Positions 47,041 through 58,200 of a stretch of 64,000 bases of DNA are shown here, piece after piece. The notes beneath the pieces were generated by a model that saw only the letters and a list, made by a program, of their open reading frames with translations, made no database searches and was not told the origin of the DNA. Position 1 is the stretch's first letter; each line of letters opens with the position of its first letter. Position numbers and translations under genes: made by a program. This DNA comes from Squalus acanthias (Eukaryota): positions 930,001 through 994,000 of the forward strand of contig CM059450.1 of assembly GCA_030390025.1 (NCBI GenBank), in the 5' to 3' direction.

Positions 47041-50000
47041 TTCTACAGTCCAGTCATTAAAGTATAAGTAAGGTCTCTAGTTTAGAGTAAGTCCCTAGTG
47101 TATTTAATATTCTTTAATTTAAAGGAAGCAAAGGGAGTAAATTAAGGGTAGGACATGGCAGGGCAGCTCAGCAGCGTGGAGTGCTCCTCCTGTGCTATGT
47201 AGGAAGTCAGGGACACTTTCGGTGTCCAGGGCGAACACGTGTGCAGGAAGTGTCTCCAGCTGCTGCTACTCGAAATCCGCGTTTCAGAGCTGGAGCTGCG
47301 GCTGGAGTCACTGTGGAGCATCTGCGAGGCTGAGATCTTCGTGGATAGCACGTTTAACGAGGTGGTCACACCGCAGGTAAAGAGTGCACAGGCAGACAGG
47401 GAATGGGTGACCGCCAGACAGAGTAAAAGAACTAGGAAGGTAGTGCAGGAGTCCCCTGGGTCCATCTCCCTCTCCAACAGATTTTCCGTTTTGGATACTG
47501 CTGGGGGAGATGGTTTCTCAGGGGAATACAGCAAGAGCCAAGTCCGTGGCACTACGAGTGGCTCAGCTGCACAGGAGGGGAGGAAAAAGAGTGGGAGAGC
47601 AATAGTGATCGGGGATTCTATCGTAAGGGGAACAGATAGACGTTTCTGTGGCCGCAGACGTGACTCCAGGATGGTATGTTGCCTCCCTGGTGCCAGGGTC
47701 AAGGATGTCACTGAGCGGCTGCAGGACATTCTGAAGGGGGAGGGTGAACAGCCAGAGGTCGTGGTCCATATCGGTACCAACAACATCGGTAGAAAGAGGG
47801 ACGAGGTCCTGCAAGCAGAATATAGGGAGTTAGGAAATAAATTAAAAAGAAGGACCTCAAAGGTAGTAATCTCAGGATTACTCCCAGTGCCACGATCTAG
47901 CGAGAGCAGAAATAGGAGAATAGACCAGATGAATGCGTGGCTGGAGAGATGGTGTAGGAGGGAGGGATTTAAATTCCTGAGGCATTGGGACCGATTCTGG
48001 GGAACGTGGGACCTGTACAAGCTGGACGGGTTACACCTCAGCAGAAACGGGACCAACATCCTCGCAGGGGAGTTTGCTAGTGCTGTTGGGAAGGATTTAA
48101 ACTAGTTTGTCAGGGGGCTGGGAACCTAAGTGTGGGCCCAGAACAGAGAGAAACAAAGCTGGAAGTGCAAGTTAGAAAAGTAGTCAGCAAAACTAGTAGG
48201 GAGCAGAAACAAAGGCCAACAGTAAAGAGTAAAGAGGATCAAAGTGCAGAAAAATATTAAACAGGCAAAGTTGAAGGCACTTTATCTAAATGCACGTAGC
48301 AGTCGCAACAAGGTGGATGAATTAATGGCACTAATAGAAGTAAATGGGTATGATGTAATTGCCATTACAGAGACATGGTTGCAGGGTAACCAAAGCTGGG
48401 AACTGAATGTTCCAGGGTACTCAACATTTAGGAAGGACAGACAAAAAGGAAAAGGAGGTGGAGTAGCACTGTTAATAAGGGATGAGATCGGTACGGTAGA
48501 GATAAAAGATCTTGGCTTGGCAGATCGTGATGTAGAACTGGAATCAGTTTGGGTGGAGCTAAGAAACAGCAAAGGGCGGAAAACATTGGTGGGAGTTGTG
48601 TATAGGCCACCAAACAGTAATGGTAATGTAGGGCACAGTATCAATCAAGAGATTAGAAGTGCATGTAACAAGGGCAATACGGTAATCATGGGGGACTTTA
48701 ATCTACATATTGACTGGGCAAATCAAATTACCACTAATGGTGTGGAGGACGAATTCTTGGAATGCATGCGAGATGGTTTCCTGGATCAGTATGTGGAGGA
48801 ACCAACCAGGGAACAGGCTATTCTGGATCTGGTACTGTGTAATGAGAAAGGGCTAATCAATAATCTTGTGGTAAAGGGGCCTTTAGGGACAAGTGACCAT
48901 AATATGATTGAATTTTACATTAAGTTTGAGAGTGATGTAGTCCAATCTGAAACTAAGGTCTTCAATCTAAGCAGAGGAAACTACAAGGGTATGAGGGACA
49001 AGTTGGCCATGGTAGATTGGGAGACTACACTAAAAGGTATGAAGGTGGACATACAATGGCTAACATTCAAGGAAATAATGCATAATTTGCAACAAACATA
49101 TATTCCTCTAGGGCATAAAAACCCAAAAGGAAAAGTGATCCAACCATGGCTAACAAAAGAAATTAAAGCTAGTATTAAGTCAAAGGAGGAAGCTTATAAA
49201 GTTGCCAGATGATGATACAAAGCTAGGTGGCAGTGTCAGTTGCGAAGAGGATGTGATTGGGATCTTTTTAGAAATCAGCAAAGGGGGACCAAGAAATTGA
49301 TAAAGAAAGGGAAAATGGAATATGAGCACAAACTAGCGAAAAATATAAAAACGGATTGTAAAAGCTTCTATAGGTATGTGAAAAGGAAAAGACCGGCAAA
49401 GGTAAATGTAGGTCCTTTACAGTCAGAGATGGGAGAATTTATAATAGGGAATGAGGAAATGGCAGGGAAATTAAATAAATACTTTGTTTCTGTCTTCACG
49501 GAGGAAGACACAAAAAACCTCCCAGAAATACGAGAAAACCAAGGGTGTGACGAGAATGAGGAACTTAAAGAAATTATTATTATTATTAGTAGTAAAAAAA
49601 CAGTACTAGCAAAATTAATGGGACTAAAAGTCGACAAATCCCAAGGAGCGGATGACCTACATCCTAGGGTTTTTAAAGAGGTGGCCATTGGAATAGTGGA
49701 CGCATTGGTTGTCATCTTCCAAAATTCTATAGATTCTGGAACGGTGCCTGCAGATTGGAGGATAGCAAATGTAACCCCGCTATTTAAGAAAGGAGGGAGA
49801 GAGAAAACGGGGAACTACAGACCTGTTAGCCTCACATCAGTAGTTGGGAAAATGCTGGAACCTATTATAAAGGATGCAATAACTGGGCACTTAGAAACTA
49901 ATAGTAAGATTGGGTAGAGTCAACATGGATTTATGAAAGGGAAATCCTGTTTGACAAACCTATTGGCGTTCTTTGAGGATGTAACCAGATAAGCTTGCAA

Positions 50001-51022
50001 CCCTTCCCCAGCCTACCCCCATATATATGGAGAGCAAGAGTGTCCCCAATTAATTCCCACCACCTGCATATAATTAACACTCGATTGCTATACACCATTT
50101 AAGTACAATTAACACCGCCTCCTCCTCCCGTTATTTGTTTAATTGTCCACCACCACTCACAACTGGATGTGGCAGGACTGCAGAGCTTTGATCTGTTCGT
50201 TGGTTGTGGGATCGCTTAGCTCTGTCTATAGCAGCTGCTTCCGCTGTTTAGAATGGCTGTAGTCCTGTGTTGTAGCTTCACCAGGTTGGCACCTCATTTT
50301 TAGGTACGCCTGTTGCTGCTCCTGGCATGCTCTTCTACACTCCTTATTGAACCAGGGTTGGTCCCCTGGCTTGATGGTAATGGTAGAGGGAGGGATATGC
50401 TGGGCCATGAGGTTACAGATTGTGGTGGAATACAATTCTGCTGCTGCTGATGGCCCACAGCGCCTCATGGATGCCCAGTTTTGAGCTGCTAGATCTGTTC
50501 TGAATCTATCCCATTTAGCACAGTGATAGTGCCACACAACACGATGGAGGGTGTCCTCCACAAGGACTGTGCGGTAGCACCACTACTGACTGAGCTGGCC
50601 GAGTCCTTAAGGACATAGCTGCCAGACTGGGCCTGTGGCAGATGGTGAGAGAACCAACTACTTGACCTCGTCCTCACTAATCTACCTGTCGCAGATGCAT
50701 CTGTCCATGACAGTACTGGTAGCCAGGAAGTAGAAAAAAAATCACTCTGGGTTCCTGCTCCTGATCTCTATCCGGAAACACTTGCTGGAAAGCGTGCACC
50801 AGTAGCTGTCAATTGAGAAAGCATTGGGCTTTGAGTGTTCTAACAAGTGCTGTATATTTAATACAAGTGTTGAATAGTGAAGTAACTACTGTCTAATATC
50901 TGCTATTACTGTAACAAAAAGTACAGGCTAAGTTAATTAGTATGTTTGTAGTGGCTATGTGCATACTGCAGTGAGAATATAGAAACAAATGTATGAAGTC
51001 GTCACTTTTTTTTCATATGTAG

Positions 51023-51111
51023 AATTTTACTTCCGGGTCTTGAGAGGAGATTCCTGCCTGAAGATCTCAGTGATACATTACTGGACCACCTAAAGAAGAT
51101 TGCTTATAGTC
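51023..51111 (+). CDS. Sacsin-like gene exon (89 nt)
   Basis: tttttcatatgtag|a ILLPGLERRFLPEDLSDTLLDHLKKIAYS c|gtaaga. Phases 2/1 bridge 35728 to 55208; resembles the recalled sacsin RSLFPSLEGRFI. Confidence 0.9.
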
Positions 51112-51236
51112 GTAAGAAACTTTTTCTGTTTGGGCTTTAATTATGAGAATTATGGACTAATGATCTTTGGCAGAACACTGAAGCCTTAGATTTTTGTTTT
51201 CAGGATTCAGACAAAAGGGGAAAAACTGGGCCTCTA

Positions 51237-52482
51237 GGGGTGAAATTGGTGATAGCGCATAACGGGCAATAATGAATCATCAGCCTGTTTTACAGCCTGC
51301 TGAAAATCGGCCATGGTATACAGTTTTGGTGTGACCACACCTGGAGTACTATGTACAGTTTTGATCTCCTTACCTAGGGAAGGATATACTTGCCTTAGAG
51401 GGGACTGCAATGAAGGTTCACTAGATTGATCCCTGGGATGAGAGGATTGTCCTATGAGGAGAGATTGAGTAGAATGGGCCTATACTCTCTGGAGTTTAGA
51501 AGAATGAGAGGTGATCTCATTGAAACATGTAAGATTCTGAGAGGGCTTGACAGGGTAGATGCTGAGAGGCTGTTTCCCCTGGCTGGAGAGTCTAGAACTA
51601 GGGGGCATAGTCTCAGGATAAGGGGTCAGCCATTTAGGACTGAGATGAGGAGAAATTTCTTCACTTGAAGAGTTGTGAATCTTCGGAATTCTCTACCCCA
51701 GAGAGCTATAGATGCTCAGTCGTTGAGTATATTCAAGGCTGAGATCGATAGATTTTTGGACTCTTAAGGGAATCGAGGAATATGGGGATCAGGCGGGGAA
51801 TCATAGAATCATAGAACCTTTCAGCACAGAAGGAGGCCGTTCAGCCCGTCTTGCCTGTGCCAGCTCTTTGAAAGAGCTGTGGAATTTAGTCCCACACCCC
51901 ACCTTTTTCCCCATAACCCTGCAAATTAGTTCTCTTTAAGTACATGTCCAATTGCCTTTTGAAAGTTCCTATGAAATCTGCTTCCACTACACTTTCAGGT
52001 AGTGCAGTCCAGATCTTAACAGCCCTCTATGAAGAAATTTATCCTCCATTTCCCTCTAGTTCTTTTGCCATTTTAAATCTATTACCTCTGGTTACCGACC
52101 CACTTGGCAGAAGAAACAGTTTCTCCCTACTTGCTCCATATTAAAACCCCACATTATCTTGAACACCTCAATTAGGTCTTCCCTTATCCTTCTCTGCTCT
52201 AAGGAGAACAGTCCCAGCTTCTCCAATCCCTCCACATAACTGAACTCCCTCATCCCTGGTAACATCCTGGTAAACCTCCGCTGTACCCTCTCTGTACTTC
52301 TGTGGGTTCTCTCTCTCAACAAGTGGAGTTGAGGTCAAAGATCAGCCATGATCTTATTGAATGGCGGAGCAGGCTCAAGGGGCCATATGGCCTACTCCTG
52401 CTCCTAATTTTTATGTTCTTAAAATGGGCTGGTGATTTGTTATTGCCCGTTTTACATTAATGCCAAAGACCAATTTCACCCC
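51237..52482. mobile_element. Small palindromic MITE split by two nested CR1 3' fragments (+ ~51315-51800/52320-52420; - ~51800-52320)
   Basis: Termini ggggtgaaattggt / accaatttcacccc, with inner inverted arms aacgggcaataatgaatcatcagcctgtttta / taaaatgggctggtgatttgttattgcccgtt. CR1 ORFs 51426..51668 and 52092..52322 lie inside. Confidence 0.7.
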
Positions 52483-52495
52483 CCCAAATGTCTTT

Positions 52496-52611
52496 GGGGT
52501 TACATTTTCCACTTTTTGCCTGGGCATAAAACTGGTGTTACGGATCTCCACCTATTACAGCAACCGTCTGGTTTTCACTTTGGTGTCGGAGGCAAGTTAA
52601 AAATCTACCCC
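52496..52611. mobile_element. 116-bp MITE with 3-bp TSD TTT
   Basis: Termini ggggttacattttccactt / aagttaaaaatctacccc, with ttt on both sides. Confidence 0.5.
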
Positions 52612-55207
52612 TTTAACTTCAAAGTGCTTTCAGTATCCTCTGGTTAGTAAAGTTTATACAGTCCCTACCACTTAAAACATCCACGTTTAAAATGGGCAGT
52701 CGCTTATATTGGCCAAAACGTGATAACCATTTGCATTAATGATAATTTCAAAGTTGCCAGTTATAGCCTCTTAGTTATACTAATTTTTTACTTCACTTTT
52801 GCATGTAGTCATGTAATGCGGTTCAGAAATCACAAATTGGAGCAAACTGAGGTGACATTATTGTCTCAGTAGCGTTGCTCCTATTTCTAGGTTTCCTCAA
52901 TAGAGTTTGTAGTTCTGTGGAGCAGCTTGATATAATTTGCAATATCTTTTTGTATTTGTTAATAAGTAATTTTGAAAAGGATAGCAGCAGGGTAGTTTGA
53001 TAGTGTAAGTAGCAGATGATGTGTATGAGCTTCAGGACTATATGTTACCTCACTTTGGTGAGTATTGCCGTTTCTTTTGGGCATTAAGGCCACTTCTTGT
53101 TCCCCCACTGATGGATGCCCCAGCTGCGATCAGATAACTAAGCAATACCAGTGATGGAAGCAGGAATCTTCCTGGTGTGCAGAGCTTAGTAGCAGATGGT
53201 GTGACCACTAAGCCATGAGAGGAAGCCCTTTAAGACTTTTCATTAGTGTCCATGGGAGGCACACAATCTCTATATGTAAGGCCTCATTCTGATTTGGGCC
53301 TCATTTCTTTTCTCCCAATACTCAGCAGCAATTCCGTCAGGGCTCCCCTCTGCACTTCAGGCTGGGATTCTTAAAGTTCAGTAGAATAGTCTTTCTGGAC
53401 TATTAAGCAACTTTGGCTTGGGAGACAATCGCTGAGCAGAAGTTAATTCATTGTTTCACTCACGAGGTATTCTAACACCAGGAAAGGAATTCTACTTATG
53501 GGACCCAAAAGAATAGTCCCTCAATTTAGTCAGACAGTTTTCTCTGGAATCTGGTTGGCCTTTGTTGACCTTAAGGGCATATACTTTGGTGAGGTCTTTT
53601 GGTACAACAAAACAAGTTCCGAGCTGTTCTATATCTCAGGACAGAGATGCCAATGAAGGGTAATAACTTCATTTTCTCATTAGCGCTCAGATTTTTCTGT
53701 GGTTGCTGTCTTTCAACAAACGCATGTGTGTCTTAACTTAAATAGCTGGCACACAAGATCATCTCCTCAAGTCCCAGAACGCCATGCAGTAAATACTAGA
53801 TGCATTTTGAAAATTGGAATTTCTAATGAATGGAGAAAATTCTAAATGGTGCCTTTGCAGAATCTCACATTTATTGACACCTATCCAACAACTCTAGGAA
53901 TATATTTCCTATTCTTGAATTGATTCCTAAGCCTACAAAGAAGGTAAAGTCTGTCCCTCAGCCAGAGAGGATTTCAGCGTAACACTTTTTACATATTCTC
54001 GATCTGATGGTTTTAACAGATTGGATAGAGGGTAGTGAATGATTGAAATGCACTGCCCAAGGAGTTGATCAAGGCTAATTACATCAATCATTTTAAGAGG
54101 GAGTTGGACAGGCATTTGGTGAAAAAAATCAATTGAGCGATATCAGTAATGAATTGCATTCTGTTTTTGAACGTGGGGGTGGCCAGGTGGACAAAAATGG
54201 TCGTTTCTAATCCTGTACATTCCAATTTTCTTACATTTCTACATTATTAAACATTGATTTTTTTACAAAATTGCACAAATATTATCTATACTTTGGTTAA
54301 CCAAACTAATCCACTTTTATTAAGATAATAATTATCATATACATTGCACTGAAGCATTTGATATACAATCATGATTTTATGCCATAACCTCCCCCATTGA
54401 ATATTTTTCTTCTGATTTTCTCTCCTTGCCCCTCAACTAAAGGTTGCGACGCATGCTGGGCATGGTCCTCTGGTATTTTTAAGTAGTCACTCTTTATGTG
54501 TGTTGGTTGGTTGTTCAACTGTGAGGAGAAGGCTGTACCAAGTAAATCCAGCCACTTTCCTCATGACACATACATTTTGAACAGGAGTTGCTGGATAGAA
54601 TCAGGACTGGGAATCTTGGCAAGTTGTTGGATAACAATCAGGAGCAGAGTGGGGGGACTGAGACACTCAGAATGGGCCTGGAAGGCAGGAAAGAGCAGGG
54701 GCTGGAACAGTACAACTATGAGAAGAGGCTGGGAGGGAGTGGAGCAGAGCTGTAGCACTTGGGGGATTCCCACAACAGAGCAGAGACTTGGAAGAGTGGG
54801 TAAAAAGCCCAGGGTGGGGGTTAGAATGGGACCTACTAAGAAGCAGCATCTGGGCATATTGGGTACAGTGCCCAAGATAGAGAGGTCATGTGAATGTGAG
54901 GTAGAAAAATAGGGAACTATCATGGTTGACATTTTTTCCAGTGATTTAATTAATCCATTATGTCTCATAGTTAGCATGATCAACCAGCAACTTTAGAGGC
55001 TCACTACAATATTAGTCATGCAATGTTACTGAAAATAATATATTTCTAACTTAGATGGATTTGACAGCTTACTGTAACTAAATCATTTTGATAGCTTTCA
55101 AAATCCTTAGTTATGGTTGCCTTGCATTGTAAGTACTGATAATGTTAAGTTTTAATGATGTTGGAAACATTGCAATGGAAATTCTTTCTGTTCTGTTCTT
55201 TTTCCAG

Positions 55208-58200
55208 AAATATTTGCAAATGTCATCTGCTTGGATGTGGATGTTGTGAGACAGCACATTCGAAAAGCTCTACCAGATAATTGGACTAAAAAGCTTGGTC
55301 ATGTGACATGGGATTTCACAAATACCCAGCACCCTCCACTGCACTGGCTTGCAGAATTTTGGGATTTTCTGAATAACAATTGTAGAACTCTAGATAAATT
55401 TGAAGGGTTGCCACTCATACCACTCAGCCCTCTAAAGGATTGCATGAACAGCCTCCAGCTAGCACATTTGTCCAAGAATATTACAACCATATTTCAAATG
55501 CAAAACGGTTACAAGTTACCAGATACAATCGCTAGTATAATTACAAGAGCTGGAGGCAGTGTAGTTCAAAGTAGTGATGAATTTCTAAAGCATCAGCAAT
55601 TAGCTGAGTATGTGTTTTTACCAAACCCAAATAATGTTTTAAAAGTGTTTTTGAATCTGGGTTGCAATCAAGTAGTAAAAGAGATCGGTTGTATGTCAAT
55701 TGAAGACAGAAAGTCATTGAGAAATTATCTTGCTGAAGCAGCCATATTTGATACTGATGAGATAAATATGTTATTCAAGTTACCGATCTTTCAACAAATG
55801 AATTCTCTTAGGCCTACAAATAAAGGGCTTATCACAGCTGGAATACATGGAGCTCTGAGTAATGACGTTTATCCTGAGATCCCAGATGACTTGCCTCTAC
55901 CTGAAACTGTACTTAAGTGTGTTGACGAGAAGGACAGGAAACTCCTGTTGCTGAAGGGAAAATTACTGACAGCAGCAGATGTTGCATTGCTCATGTTGAA
56001 AGGAGTAGAGACCCAAAAGTATGAGGCTGAACAAATCGAAAAGGTGATGCCCTGGATTCTAAAAAACAGTGAGATACTTTTTAAACAGAAACCAGAATTA
56101 TTCAACAAGTGCAGAACACTTAGGTTCTTGACATCAAAAGACAGAGTTGTGCAGGCTTCTACCTTATTTGATCCAAACAATGTGACCTTTCAGCACCTCT
56201 TTCAGTCAGAGTTTCAACACTTCTTCCCACCTCCACTTTATTGTAAGGATGAGAAAATTTTGCAGGCACTGCAAAAACTTGGGCTAAAATCAAAAGAAGA
56301 CAGTATTTCACCTGATGACCTTTTAAAGGTGGCACGATTGATAGACAGACAACACAGCCAAGCTAGTGATATTGGCAGTGTTTGTAAAAAAGCAGAAGCT
56401 TTAATTAAAGTGTGCAACACAACCTCCATTTTGGCCATTTGTAGTTATCAGATAGTGGAAGAATTATGTTCTTTGCAGTGGGTGCCCTGTAACAGTCTCC
56501 CAAAAGAATCGACAGAACATAAAAAAATAAATACTGATTTTAATAAACCTGAAAATGTAAGAGATTCAAGGTATGCCAACATTATTGGGCTAGTGATGCC
56601 ACTTACTGACAAATTTACTGAGAAAACATGCAAAATCTTGGGTCTACTGAACTTACCACCAGCTGAGAAGGTGGTTGAAAATTTTCTATTCATAATTGAC
56701 CAGGTGTGCACCAATAGTAACTCACGCTACAACTTCCTGACGGATTTGCAAGATATCTATGAGTATATGCAGAAGAACCTCACTCAGTTTAAGGCTCTCT
56801 TACTGGCCATAGAGCGGCCATGGGTGTGGAATGGGGCTGGGTTTGCACACCCTCAGAATCTTGTTTTCTCCTATCCTGAAGATTTAGATCTCAGCTATTA
56901 TATAAAGAGAGTCCCACAAGAAATATCCCAGTACAGGGAGTTACTGACTGAGTGTGGAGTCAAAGCAGGCTACAGCAAAGGTGAAATTATTCAAATACTT
57001 TATCACATACAAGATAATACGGTTAAACTGAATTCTGGCTATGGTAGCCCAAGTGAATTGAAGACCATCATTTCCATACTTGATTGGATGCGCAGAAATA
57101 ATCTTTCATCTGATGATGACCTTCCAGTTCCTGTATGGAAAGGCACCCAAGGTGGATTCTGCTTGAAACCGCATTCCAAGGCTGTTTTTTGTGATTTAGA
57201 TAAGGGAACACTGGAGGATATTAACAAATATGAAGAAAACTTTCATGTTGTTCATAAAGAAATAAGCCTTGCAATAATTGAGTGGCTAAATGTGCCTGCC
57301 TTAAGCAGCAAAGTTATGCATCCTGAATTAATTGGAATTGAGCAGTATGGACAAGCAGAACCCCTTGTACTGAGAATTAAGAACATTCTGAAAGAATATG
57401 ATCAAGAACACGATCTCTTCAAAGAGATGCTTCAGAATGCTGAAGATGCTGGTTCAACAGTTTGTAGTTTCCTAGTTGACATGAGACAACACAAAGATGC
57501 ACCTGAAAGTCTTATTGATCCTGGCATGGCCTCATGTCATGGACCAGCACTTTGGTCATACAACAATGAGTGTTTCACTGATGAAGATTTTTACAATATA
57601 ACAAGAATTGGGACAGGTTCCAAGGAAAACCAAACTGATAAGATTGGTAAATTTGGACTTGGATTTAATTCTGTTTATCACATAACTGATGTCCCATCCA
57701 TTCTCAGTGGAAAATACTTACTTATTTTTGATCCAAATGTTACTCATCTTAAGAAACATATTCATTCTGTAAGCAACCCTGGAATAAAACTTAATCTTTA
57801 TGAACATAGACAGTTAATTCAAAAATTCCCTGGACAATTTAACCCTTACAATGGAATGTTTGGATGTAATTTTAAAATAGCCACTGGAGAAAATTTCTAT
57901 TATGAAGGGACACTCATTAAGTTACCCTTCAGGACACCAGAGGAGGCTGCAGTATCCGGGATTTCCAATAAGTATTATAACCAGAAACACATCATGTCCT
58001 TGGTGGATAGTTTCAGGCAAACGTCAAAAGATCTTGTCATATTCCTAAAGAATGTGAGAAAAGTTTCACTGAAATTTATCAGCGAGCATTCAGCTCATGA
58101 AAACCATATAATCCCTGTATTCAAAATGGAAAGACAAATGCTGAATATAATTGAGATGGCAGATAATTTCCCAATTAAAAAAATGCAAGAAAATGCTATG

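Larger units (their letters stand above)
45859..49990 (+). mobile_element. CR1 LINE (copy B): tandem 5' monomers, ORF1 esterase, ORF2 truncated within RT
   Basis: ORF1 from ATG 47155 (early stop at 47200) through ORF 47239..48105 (GDSIVRG, HIGTNN, DGLHL). ORF2 48244..49212 (APE) and 49240..49917. Ends after ...FEDVT. Confidence 0.9.
37560..50723 (-). mobile_element. Host LINE (CR1/L2 supergroup) in pieces 37560-38932, 45703-45858, ~50150-50576 and an inverted 5' piece ~50577-50723
   Basis: Collinear minus-strand pieces DTLHRVVWHYH..., LKTCAPELAVPLAKLFQYSY...NPANY, GVPQGSVRGPTIFSCFINDLPS, FADGCTVFSSI and MEYSPLAWMSAAPTTLKKLD. The sequence joins across 38932/45703. Confidence 0.8.

Noticed and set aside
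47142-48059. 305-aa antisense ORF (also 9109..9696 and other ORFs opposite CR1, RTE or sacsin)
   Set aside because: Shadow frames of real coding sequence, with no recognisable motifs.
54496-54983. Overlapping 138- and 140-aa ORFs in the last intron
   Set aside because: Purine-biased low-complexity sequence with no motifs; not needed to keep the sacsin frame.
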